Part shown: positions 18,891 through 27,489 of the stretch, piece after piece
Position numbering within the stretch: position 1 is the stretch's first letter
Layout: every line of letters begins with the position of its first letter
Origin: Acidobacteriota bacterium
Lineage (GTDB): Bacteria; Acidobacteriota; Vicinamibacteria; Vicinamibacterales; SCN-69-37
Direction: 5' to 3'
Length of the DNA stretch: 64,000 nucleotides
Assembly (NCBI GenBank): GCA_009694745.1
Contig: SHUF01000001.1
Coordinates: 80,397 to 144,396 of the forward strand
Translations under genes and position numbers: made by a program
The notes under the pieces: model-generated
The model's input: only the letters and a program-made list of their open reading frames with translations
What the model was told of the DNA's origin: nothing
Databases searched by the model: none

Positions 18891-20368
18891 GCGGTGGTCG
18901 GCGCCTTCCAACGCGCTTCAAGACGACGGGCGACGTAGGCCACGGGTAGCGACATCGCGAGATAGAGGGTCGCGCACATCAGGCCAGGGATGATCCAGCT
19001 GCCCATATTGGTGGCGAAGATTTGTGTTTGTTTGGCCAGCTCAGGCACGGCAATGACCGAGACGAGGGAGGAGTCTTTGAGCAACGCGACAAAGTCGTTG
19101 GTCATGGGCGCCAGAGCGGTGCGCAACGCCTGAGGGGTACGCACCAGGCGCAGGACCTGGCCTTCGGTCAGGCCCAGCACGCGGGCGGCGTCGAGCTGAT
19201 TCTTCGACACCGCTTCAAGTGCGCTCCGGTAGATTTCACTCTCGTACGCCGCGTAATTGAGGCCCAGGCCGAGCACCGCGGCGATGTAGGCGTCGAGTGT
19301 GATGACGCTGGCGATCCCGTAATAGATCACGAACAGCTGCAGGAGGATGGGCGTGCCGCGCATGATCTCCACATACGTGGTGAGCACGAGCCGCGTGGAG
19401 CGGCTGCCGTACACGCGGCCCACCGCGATGCCGATGCCTACGACCACCGCGCCAACCATCGCCAAGCACGACAGCCACAGTGTGGTCCATGCCGCCCTCA
19501 GCAGCTTCGGAAAAAACGCGCGCGTCGTCTCGAACCAGGACGCCCGTGCACTGGTCTCCTCCTGCTGGGTGTTCGAGCCCGTCATCGCCTGGAACAACCT
19601 CGGCTGCTCGTCATTCCACACGCCCGGTTGTTTGCGCAGAATCGCTTCGAGGCGACCGTCTCGCATGGCGCTGCGAAGGATGCCGTTGACCCGGTCGAGC
19701 ATCGCGGGGTCTTTTGGCGACACGATCACCACGTACTGACTGGTGGCTACCGCCGCAGGGTGGGTGTACAGGCCTTTCTCACGCCGCACCGCGCGGTCGG
19801 CCAGCAGATGGTCCAGCAGCACCGCGTCCACGCGCCCGATCGCCAAATCGCTGTACGGATGCACATCATCGTCGTACGGTGTGGACGTCACGCCGGCGGT
19901 GCGGCCGAGAATATCGGCGGCGATCGTGCCCGAGAGCGTGGCCACCTTACGGCCCGCGAGGTCGGCCAGGGACTTGAAGCGGTCGCGATCAGCCGCGCGC
20001 ACCGTGAGCACTTCCTTGAACTCGTAGTACGGAATGCTCGTGGGCACCATCTGGCGTCGTGCGGGCGTGTTCTCAATGCCGCTCAGGCCGATGTCGAAGT
20101 CGCCGCGCAGGGCCGACTGGTCCAGCGACTGAAACGTGATCTGCACAAACTCAGGTCGCCGGCCAAGTTCACTCGCGATGAGCGCGGCGATGTCGACGTC
20201 GAAGCCGACAAGGCGATTCGGATTGCGCGAGTCGGCCTGGACGAAGGGGGCGCCGCCCGCCGGGTCGCCACCCCAACGTAGCACCGGTTGCGCCGGCGCC
20301 TGTGCCGCCAGGTGCGCGGACACGCCGATGAGGGCGATGAGTATTCCGGCGAAAGCGATGCGACGCAT
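18887..20368 (-). CDS. fused family-3 substrate-binding domain + permease of a polar amino-acid ABC transporter
   Basis: The start was moved to MRRIAFAGILIALIG (signal/anchor). The N-terminal half is SBP-like (GFDVDIA...ATLSGT). The C-terminal half is a His/Glu/Gln/Arg-type permease (MRGTPILLQLFVIYYG). Confidence 0.8.
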   Translation of the reverse strand: MRRIAFAGILIALIGVSAHLAAQAPAQPVLRWGGDPAGGAPFVQADSRNPNRLVGFDVDIAALIASELGRRPEFVQITFQSLDQSALRGDFDIGLSGIENTPARRQMVPTSIPYYEFKEVLTVRAADRDRFKSLADLAGRKVATLSGTIAADILGRTAGVTSTPYDDDVHPYSDLAIGRVDAVLLDHLLADRAVRREKGLYTHPAAVATSQYVVIVSPKDPAMLDRVNGILRSAMRDGRLEAILRKQPGVWNDEQPRLFQAMTGSNTQQEETSARASWFETTRAFFPKLLRAAWTTLWLSCLAMVGAVVVGIGIAVGRVYGSRSTRLVLTTYVEIMRGTPILLQLFVIYYGIASVITLDAYIAAVLGLGLNYAAYESEIYRSALEAVSKNQLDAARVLGLTEGQVLRLVRTPQALRTALAPMTNDFVALLKDSSLVSVIAVPELAKQTQIFATNMGSWIIPGLMCATLYLAMSLPVAYVARRLEARWKAPTTA

Positions 20369-20469
20369 GATGGAAACGGAAGCAGTTGCAAGAAGTGCGC
20401 CGTTCCGAACAGGCCGCCGAGCCGAAAGAAGTGGCGGCAGCGTCCGGGCCGGCGCGGGTCCCAATGACG

Positions 20470-20967
20470 TTATTCGAGCATGATGGGCGCGTTTGGTTGG
20501 TCGTCTTCGGCCAGCAGGTCGGGGTGGGCGTTGAACACACGCGCGCAGGCGTTCCACCTCAATCGGGCGTCGTCATTGTCTGCTGGGCGGAGTCCATCGG
20601 CGCGTTCGTAGTCCGCCATCGCCTGGTGGAGCCATGGGGTGGCGCCGCGGCGTCCCATGCCGCCGTGTGACAGGAGCGCGCGCGCCCGCCGCTCGGCCAC
20701 AAGGCCCGAGTAGTAGGAACGGTCGTACTCGGATGGCAGGGCTGCCACCAACTCCATGGCGCGGGCGGCGCCGTGGGTGGTGGTGGGAAAGGTGTCGGTG
20801 ATGGCCAGGATGAGCATTACGCTGGCGGCGTGGTTGCCGGGATCGGCCCGGAGCACGTCTTCACAGATGCTCTGGCATTGCTCGGGCTCGTTGAGCAGCC
20901 GGTAGCGCTCTGCCTTGGCGAGGGCGGCCGGCGCCGCTGCGGCTGACAGGGGTTTCAGCTCGAACAT
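20470..20967 (-). CDS. hypothetical helical protein encoded 3 nt after sdhB
   Basis: 165 aa starting at MFELKPLSAAAAP. I recognise no motif. It is same-strand and tightly linked to sdhCAB. Confidence 0.5.
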   Translation of the reverse strand: MFELKPLSAAAAPAALAKAERYRLLNEPEQCQSICEDVLRADPGNHAASVMLILAITDTFPTTTHGAARAMELVAALPSEYDRSYYSGLVAERRARALLSHGGMGRRGATPWLHQAMADYERADGLRPADNDDARLRWNACARVFNAHPDLLAEDDQPNAPIMLE

Positions 20968-20969
20968 GG

Positions 20970-21716
20970 TTACGACCTCAATACCCTCAGGAGTCTGGTG
21001 ACCGGGTCGTAGAACCGGTCCACCACGCGCTCCTTGAGCGGGATGATCGCATTGTCGGTGATATGGATGTGTTCCGGACACACATTTGTGCAGCACTTGG
21101 TGATGTTGCAGTAGCCCAGGCCCTGGGTGTCTTTCAGATCGCGCAGACGTTCTTCGGTATCGAGCGGGTGCATCTCCAGCGCGGCGGAGTACACGAAATA
21201 GCGCGGACCGATAAAGCCCTCGTCGTTCTTCTTGTGCTCGCGCACCACGTGACAGACGTCCTGGCACAGGAAACACTCGATGCACTTGCGGAACTCCTGC
21301 ACACGATCGATGTCACGCTGCGACATCCGCCAGGTGCCGTCGGCGGCGTCGGGCTTGCGGGGCTTGAATTTTTTGATCCCGGGCTTGACGCGGAAGTTCC
21401 ATGAGACGTCGGTGACCAGGTCTTTGATCAGCGGGAAGGCGCGCATCGGCTCCACGGTGACAGGTTCGGTCAGGTCCAGCGTGTTGAGCCGCGTCATGCA
21501 CATGAGCTTCGGGTTGCCGTTGATCTCGGCCGAACACGATCCGCACTTGCCGGCCTTGCAGTTCCACCGGCACGCCATGTCGGGGGCCTGGTCGGCCTGC
21601 ACCCGATGCACGGCGTCGAGCACCACCATGCCCTCCGAGACATCGGTCGTGTAGTCCACGAACGCCCCGGCACCATCGGAGCCGCCACGCCAGATTCGAA
21701 AGGTCGCCTGCGCCAT
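20970..21716 (-). CDS. sdhB: succinate dehydrogenase/fumarate reductase Fe-S subunit
   Basis: Cys clusters: CRWNCKAGKCGSC (2Fe-2S), CIECFLCQDVC and CNITKCCTNVCP (4Fe-4S/3Fe-4S). Confidence 0.9.
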   Translation of the reverse strand: MAQATFRIWRGGSDGAGAFVDYTTDVSEGMVVLDAVHRVQADQAPDMACRWNCKAGKCGSCSAEINGNPKLMCMTRLNTLDLTEPVTVEPMRAFPLIKDLVTDVSWNFRVKPGIKKFKPRKPDAADGTWRMSQRDIDRVQEFRKCIECFLCQDVCHVVREHKKNDEGFIGPRYFVYSAALEMHPLDTEERLRDLKDTQGLGYCNITKCCTNVCPEHIHITDNAIIPLKERVVDRFYDPVTRLLRVLRS

Positions 21717-23533
21717 TATTGTTTTTGATCCTCAATGACCTGCTTGAGTTCTGCCGGCATTTCCGGAATAGGATTTCTCGAGACCCGCATCGCTCCGTTG
21801 GCGTCCTGCGTGACTGCGACGTTGAACTGGCTGTACGCCGGGTCCTTGTCGGGGTAGTCGTCGCGGTAGTGCCCGCCCCGGCTTTCCTTGCGCTCAATCG
21901 CCGACCGTGTGATGGCTTCAGAAACCGCCAGAAGATTCCGCAGGTCCAGGCAGGTATGCCAGCCCGAGTGGTACTCGCGGTGGCCATCAACGCCCGCGGT
22001 CGCGGCCCGCGCGTTCAGGGCTGCCAGGCGGGTCAGCGCGTCCTGCATTTCGTGCTCGAGGCGGACGATGCCGACGAGGTCCTGCATGGTGTCCTGCAAA
22101 TCCGATTGCACCGTGTAGGGGTTGCCCGAGGCGTGGCCGCGATCGAATGGCTTGAGCGACTCCTGCATGCCTGCGTCGATTGCCTTCGTGTCGAGCGTCG
22201 GCGCCGATCGCTTCTTCGCGTACGCGGCGGCGTATTCGCCTGCCCGCTTGCCGAAGACGATCAAGTCCGACAGCGAGTTGCCGCCCAGCCGGTTGGCCCC
22301 ATTGATGCCGGCCGCGCACTCGCCGGCGGCGAACAGACCCGGCACGGTGGACTCCTGCGTGTCGGCGTTCACTCGGATGCCCCCCATGATGTAGTGCGTG
22401 GTGGGTCCCACCTCCATCGGTTCTTTCGTGATGTCGAGGTCGGCCAGTTCCTTGAACTGGTGATACATGCTCGGCAGCTTGCGCTTGATATGTTCGGGCG
22501 CGTTCGCGATCTTCTCTTTGATCCACGCGATGTCCAGGTACACACCGCCGTGTGGAGAGCCGCGCCCAGCTTTGACTTCGCGCATGATGCAGCGGGCCAC
22601 ATGGTCGCGCGTGAGCAGCTCGGGCGGCCGGCGGGCGGACTTGTCGCCCTGGGTGTACCGCCAGCCTTCTTCCGCGTCGGCAGCCGTCTGGGGTTTGTAG
22701 TTGTCGGGAATGTCACCGAACATGAAGCGGTTCCCTTCGCTGTTCTTCAACACGCCGCCTTCACCCCGCACGCCCTCGGTGACGAGAATACCTTTGACGC
22801 TGGGCGGCCAGACCATGCCGGTGGGATGGAACTGCACAAACTCCATGTCGATGAGTTCTGCACCGGCGCGATACGCCAGTCCGTGGCCGTCGCCCGTGCC
22901 TTCCCAACTGTTGCTCGTGACGCGATAGGTCCGGCCCACACCACCAGTGGCCAGGATGACGGCCTTGGCTGAGAACACGTGGAACCGGCCCCGCTCGCGG
23001 TCGTAGGCCAGCGCGCCTGCGACACGGCCCTCGTCCATCAACAGATCGATGACCGTGTGCTCCATGTGGACGGTGACGCCCAGATAGACCGTGTGGTCCT
23101 GCAGGGTACGGATCAGTTCAAGACCTGTGCGGTCGCCCACGTGGGCCAACCTGGGGTACCGATGGCCGCCGAAGTTGCGCTGCAGGATCTTGCCGTCGGG
23201 CGTGCGGTCAAACACCGCGCCCCACGCTTCGAGTTCACGTACGCGGTCGGGCGCTTCCCTGGCGTGCAGTTCCGCCATGCGCCAGTTGTTCACGTACTGG
23301 CCGCCGCGCATGGTGTCGGCGAAATGCACTTGCCAGTTGTCGCGGTCGTCCACGTTGCCCATGGCTGCGGCCATGCCGCCTTCGGCCATCACGGTGTGGG
23401 CCTTGCCGAGCAGCGACTTGCAGATGAGGCCCACCGAGACGCCCTGTCCGGCGGCTTCAATCGCCGCACGCAAGCCGGCGCCGCCGGCACCGATCACAAG
23501 CACATCGTAGGAAAACGTATTCAGCGCCGACAT
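21716..23533 (-). CDS. sdhA: succinate dehydrogenase/fumarate reductase flavoprotein subunit
   Basis: The start was moved to MSALNTFSYDVLVIGAGGAGLRAAIEA (ATGA overlap with the sdhC stop). FVQFHPTG contains the covalent-FAD histidine. Motifs are classical throughout. Confidence 0.9.
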   Translation of the reverse strand: MSALNTFSYDVLVIGAGGAGLRAAIEAAGQGVSVGLICKSLLGKAHTVMAEGGMAAAMGNVDDRDNWQVHFADTMRGGQYVNNWRMAELHAREAPDRVRELEAWGAVFDRTPDGKILQRNFGGHRYPRLAHVGDRTGLELIRTLQDHTVYLGVTVHMEHTVIDLLMDEGRVAGALAYDRERGRFHVFSAKAVILATGGVGRTYRVTSNSWEGTGDGHGLAYRAGAELIDMEFVQFHPTGMVWPPSVKGILVTEGVRGEGGVLKNSEGNRFMFGDIPDNYKPQTAADAEEGWRYTQGDKSARRPPELLTRDHVARCIMREVKAGRGSPHGGVYLDIAWIKEKIANAPEHIKRKLPSMYHQFKELADLDITKEPMEVGPTTHYIMGGIRVNADTQESTVPGLFAAGECAAGINGANRLGGNSLSDLIVFGKRAGEYAAAYAKKRSAPTLDTKAIDAGMQESLKPFDRGHASGNPYTVQSDLQDTMQDLVGIVRLEHEMQDALTRLAALNARAATAGVDGHREYHSGWHTCLDLRNLLAVSEAITRSAIERKESRGGHYRDDYPDKDPAYSQFNVAVTQDANGAMRVSRNPIPEMPAELKQVIEDQKQ

Positions 23534-24336
23534 CAGAAAATCTTCAGATCGGTGATGACGCCCATGGAACACAGGCGCACATACAGGTCCGAGGACATCA
23601 CCGAAAACAGACTGCACCAGGCAAAGAGCTGATGCCGTCCGTTGAGGCTGCTGACGCACTCGTAGGCAAAATCGCAGACGGGGGACTTGGACACTTCGTT
23701 CAGCCGGCCGCCCACCACATGGCGCAACACGTGACAGCCCCAGGTGTAGCAGGCCAGCAGCACCACGTTGACGGCGAGCACGAGCGTGCCTACGCCCATG
23801 CCGAACTGCACCTGCCCGGTCACGGAGTCCGTGAACCACATCGCCAGCCACACGTCCCACGCGAGTAACGCGATGAACACGATGGCCACCCACATGAAGT
23901 AGCGGTGGAAATTCTGGAGGATGAGTGGAAACGAGTGCTCGCCCCGATAACCCTTGCGCGGCTCGCCCACCGCGCACGCCGGCGGGTCGGCCCAGAAAGA
24001 TTTGTAATAGGCGCCGCGGTAGTAATAACACGTGAACCGGAACAGACCCGGAAACGGCAAGATGATCAGCGCCGGAGAGAACGGCAGCAGCCCCGGCCAC
24101 CAGTCGGGTTTTGGCCCGAACCAGGCATGCGGCGAGGCGCCGAAAATTTCAGGCGAATAAAACGGCGAGAGGTAGGGGCCAAACGTGTAGTGCGCGTTCT
24201 GGAACGCGGCCCACGTGGCATACACAATGAATAGCGAGAACCCGACGAAGATGAGTGCTGGAGTGGTCCACCAACGATCGCGCCGTGCCGTCTGACCGAA
24301 CCCGCGCCTGACCCCTGACACCGGAATTGCCTGCAT
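23533..24336 (-). CDS. sdhC: succinate dehydrogenase cytochrome b membrane anchor (single-subunit b558-like type)
   Basis: The start was moved to MQAIPVSG, behind GGAGGCAAGAAGGA. It has 5 predicted TM helices with conserved His residues and sits first in the sdh operon. Confidence 0.65.
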   Translation of the reverse strand: MQAIPVSGVRRGFGQTARRDRWWTTPALIFVGFSLFIVYATWAAFQNAHYTFGPYLSPFYSPEIFGASPHAWFGPKPDWWPGLLPFSPALIILPFPGLFRFTCYYYRGAYYKSFWADPPACAVGEPRKGYRGEHSFPLILQNFHRYFMWVAIVFIALLAWDVWLAMWFTDSVTGQVQFGMGVGTLVLAVNVVLLACYTWGCHVLRHVVGGRLNEVSKSPVCDFAYECVSSLNGRHQLFAWCSLFSVMSSDLYVRLCSMGVITDLKIF

Positions 24337-24436
24337 TCCTTCTTGCCTCCGCAACGCATCAATAGTGATTGAGCGGGGTAAACCATATCCCAGGTGCGGA
24401 CAGCGACACCAGCGCGCCGAGGACCGTGGGTGATCA

Positions 24437-25156
24437 TCAGCCGGGGTCCTTGCGGCGCGGGGCATACCAGAGGTCCATGCCCTCGCGCTGTCTGACGCCC
24501 CGTGGTCCGCGCATCGCCACACGCGCCACGCCGCCCCACATTTCACGCGCAGAGTGCGTGCGCAGCTTGCGGCCCGACGTCAGCACGGACTGCGTCAGGA
24601 CCACGAACCGGCCCTGCCTCTTCAACGCCCGGCTCAGGATGATTTCCTCGCCGCCAAAGTACCTTTCGTCGAAACCACCAACCGCCTCGAAGGCGCGGCG
24701 CGTGCAGAACACGAAACAGCCGGCAGCCAGGCCTGTGGCGCGAAACGCCAGCACCAGGGCCGCCGTCATCACCTTCGCGTAAAGCGGCACCACCCCGTCA
24801 AATGTCACGCCGGCGCCGCCGCCGGCCGCGCCATGTCGGAGAGCCTCAATGGCGGCCCGGACGACCGCGACGTTCACGATCGTGTCCGCATCCACGAAGA
24901 TGAGGAACTCACCGCTCGACTCCCGGGCGCCTGAATTTCGGGTGGCCGCAATCTGCCGATGCGCGACGGTCACCACCTTCGCGCCATGCCTCAGCGCGAT
25001 CGCCGCCGTCTCATCGGTGGACCCATCGTCGGCCACAACCAGTTCGTAGGGTTCGTCTAGGGCCCGGCCGGCGGCGTGAAGCGCGTCCAGCGTGGCCGCG
25101 AGCACGGCCGCTTCGTTATGGGCCGGGACAATAAACGAGGTCATGGCCACTATCAT
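24437..25156 (-). CDS. family-2 glycosyltransferase
   Basis: SFIVPAHNE, VVADDGSTDET and the FVDADT DxD motif. Start is uncertain (25156, 25144 or 25210). Confidence 0.75.
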   Translation of the reverse strand: MIVAMTSFIVPAHNEAAVLAATLDALHAAGRALDEPYELVVADDGSTDETAAIALRHGAKVVTVAHRQIAATRNSGARESSGEFLIFVDADTIVNVAVVRAAIEALRHGAAGGGAGVTFDGVVPLYAKVMTAALVLAFRATGLAAGCFVFCTRRAFEAVGGFDERYFGGEEIILSRALKRQGRFVVLTQSVLTSGRKLRTHSAREMWGGVARVAMRGPRGVRQREGMDLWYAPRRKDPG

Positions 25157-25329
25157 CAGGCCTCGCCTGAGCTTGGCAACAGGAACAAAGGTCGGTCCTG
25201 ACGAAATCATTGACCGCACCGAGGCAAACCCGCCGTTGTTCTCCTGCGAGAGCGTCCCGTAAGACCCCAGGGGGGTCCCCGCCGGGTCCACGACCAGCAA
25301 GCCCACCGGCCCGGGGTAGTATTCCTGAT

Positions 25330-25785
25330 GTGACCCAAGCGTTTGGACAGACGGTCGCCGAGGCGCGCACCTGGCTCCTGTTTGCGCACGCGGCGGCAAC
25401 ACTGTACATGACGGGGGTGATCTGGTTCGTGCAGATCGTGCACTACCCGCTGTTCTCGCGCGTCGGGCAGCCCGAGTTCTCCGAGTACGAACGGGAGCAT
25501 GTCCGGCGGACTGGCTGGGTCGTCGCGGGTCCGATGCTGGCAGAACTGGCCTCCGCCGTTGCGATCGTCTGGGTCGTGGGCGGATGGCTGGCCTGGACCG
25601 GACTGGCCCTGGTTGGGGTCATTTGGATCAGTACCGGCATCTGGCAAGTGGCAGCGCATCGCCGGCTCGAAGCGGGGTTCGATGCGGCGGCCCACGCGCG
25701 GCTGACGCGCACGAACTGGGTTCGGACGGCGGGGTGGACGACGCGAAGCGTCATCGCGCTCGCGCTGGCTGCCGCGTTCGATTGA
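25330..25785 (+). CDS. hypothetical integral membrane protein (4 TM)
   Basis: From ORF 25210..25785. The first 40 codons are Pro/Arg-rich and overlap the divergent region, so I prefer GTG 25330. No family recognised. Confidence 0.45.
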   Translation: MTQAFGQTVAEARTWLLFAHAAATLYMTGVIWFVQIVHYPLFSRVGQPEFSEYEREHVRRTGWVVAGPMLAELASAVAIVWVVGGWLAWTGLALVGVIWISTGIWQVAAHRRLEAGFDAAAHARLTRTNWVRTAGWTTRSVIALALAAAFD

Positions 25786-25813
25786 ATGGACGACAGTATT
25801 TCCAAAGGCCAAC

Positions 25814-26284
25814 ATGAAGAAACCACGTGTGATCCGCCCGTCAACGAACACCCGGCTGACTGACAGCTTGAACCAGGTGCTCGCCGATTCCTACGCTCTG
25901 CTGTCGCTCACCCACCTGGCCCATTGGAACGTGGAGGGGCCTGGGTTCTTCGCGCTGCACACCGCATTTCAGACGCAGTACGAAGAGCTCTTTATCGCGA
26001 TCGATGAGATTGCCGAGCGCATCCGTGCGCTCGACGCCTACGCAATCGGCGGCCTCGGGACGCTGGCCAAGGCCGCGCAGATGAAGGAGTTCGTATCGCC
26101 GCTGGTGCAGGAGGATTATGTCCGTGCACTCATCGCCGCGAGCGGGAAAGTGGTGTCGGATGCCGAGCGCGCGCGCGATGTTGCCGGCGAGGCCGGTGAC
26201 GCGGAGAGCCAGGACCTGATGATCGGTCGGATTACCCTTCACCAGAAGACCATCTGGATGCTGAAGAGCTTCCTGAAGGCCTGA
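25814..26284 (+). CDS. dps: Dps-family DNA-binding ferritin-like protein
   Basis: LNQVLADSYALLSLTHLAHWNVEGPGFFALHTAFQTQYEEL...DEIAERIRALD is the Dps ferroxidase-site pattern. Confidence 0.85.
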   Translation: MKKPRVIRPSTNTRLTDSLNQVLADSYALLSLTHLAHWNVEGPGFFALHTAFQTQYEELFIAIDEIAERIRALDAYAIGGLGTLAKAAQMKEFVSPLVQEDYVRALIAASGKVVSDAERARDVAGEAGDAESQDLMIGRITLHQKTIWMLKSFLKA

Positions 26285-26357
26285 CCCGCGACGCCGGTGA
26301 GTAGTGTGAAGCGGTCTGCGCCACCTCTCCTGGCGCCGCGACGAGGGTCTTCGAGTC

Positions 26358-27431
26358 CTACTGCCTCGCCCCGACCATCGCCACTGGCTCGCCCTTGGTG
26401 ACCGGCGGCGTCCCAACGATGTAGAGAATCTCGCCGTCGAAGGCCGCCACCACTTCTTCGAGGACGCGGCCGTGAAAATCCGTAATGTGGCCGATGCGCG
26501 ATCCTTTGGCCACCGTCCGGCCGCGCTCCACTGCGGGATAGAAGATCCCGGTCACGCCCGCCCGAATCACTTCGTTGCGTCCGATGAACACCGGCGACCC
26601 CGTTGGCGCGGGCCCGTCGGTCCGCATCTTCAGGTGTCGCAGCACTCCGGCGACGCCTCGCTCCACCAGGGCAATGGCCCCATCGTCCACCACCGCCATG
26701 CCGCCTGTCTCTGTGGTCAGCGCGGGTTTCCCTCTGGTGATCGCTGTGTTCGACAGATACACCGAAGCCGCCTGGTCCGTCGGGCGTTCCCGGTCCACGA
26801 CGATGTGATCGAGGCCGAAGGCGAGGGCAAGGGCGCGGCTCTCGTCCGCCACGCCGGCCGGGCCGGTGGTAATCCAGTACGAGTAAGGCGAGAGCGACTC
26901 ATTCCCGTCGCCACAGTGAAGATCAATCACATGCGTCGCGCGCGTGATGACCTCGCGCGTCAGCGTCTCGGCGATGCGTTCCGAGAGCGTGCCGACGGCG
27001 CGGCCGGGAAAGACACGGTTGAGATTCTTGCCGTCAGCCGGAGAGTAGTAGATCGTCCTGCCGAGGAACGACGGCATGTTCGCCACATGGACGAGGATCA
27101 CGGTGCCACGCAGGGTCCTGGGATTGATCGCCGTGCGCATCCGCTGGAGCGCGATGATGGGCACGTACTCCATGCCGTGTGTTCCCGCGACCAGCGCGAG
27201 CACGGGGCCGCTTATGGCGCCGTGAATGATGGTGAACGGAATGTTGGTGCCGGTGTCTCCCCCAAGCGCCGCCACATCGAGCGTGCCCGAGACCGTGGTC
27301 CCCGGTGCCGCGCTGACTGAGCCGACCGTGAACGGCGACTGCACGACGGCGACTGGCCCGCCGCGGCCGTCAACGGAGCCGAAGGGGTAAAGCCCCAGGA
27401 CGCAGAGTGTAAAAACCAAGCGTGTCTTCAT
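26358..27431 (-). CDS. succinylglutamate desuccinylase/aspartoacylase-family (M14-like) zinc hydrolase, secreted
   Basis: Signal peptide MKTRLVFTLCVLG. Motifs AGTHGMEY, NLNRVFPG and DLHCGDG. Confidence 0.75.
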   Translation of the reverse strand: MKTRLVFTLCVLGLYPFGSVDGRGGPVAVVQSPFTVGSVSAAPGTTVSGTLDVAALGGDTGTNIPFTIIHGAISGPVLALVAGTHGMEYVPIIALQRMRTAINPRTLRGTVILVHVANMPSFLGRTIYYSPADGKNLNRVFPGRAVGTLSERIAETLTREVITRATHVIDLHCGDGNESLSPYSYWITTGPAGVADESRALALAFGLDHIVVDRERPTDQAASVYLSNTAITRGKPALTTETGGMAVVDDGAIALVERGVAGVLRHLKMRTDGPAPTGSPVFIGRNEVIRAGVTGIFYPAVERGRTVAKGSRIGHITDFHGRVLEEVVAAFDGEILYIVGTPPVTKGEPVAMVGARQ

Positions 27432-27437
27432 GCCCGG

Positions 27438-27443
27438 ATTCTA
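27438..27443 (-). promoter_or_regulatory. -10 box TAGAAT, 6 nt upstream of ATG 27431 (leaderless candidate)
   Basis: Minus strand reads CTCTAGAATCCGGGCATG. No SD is present. Confidence 0.4.
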
Positions 27444-27489
27444 GAGCGTTTTGAGACGTGCTGCGTCACTCGTCTGGCGCCCTGAGTCG

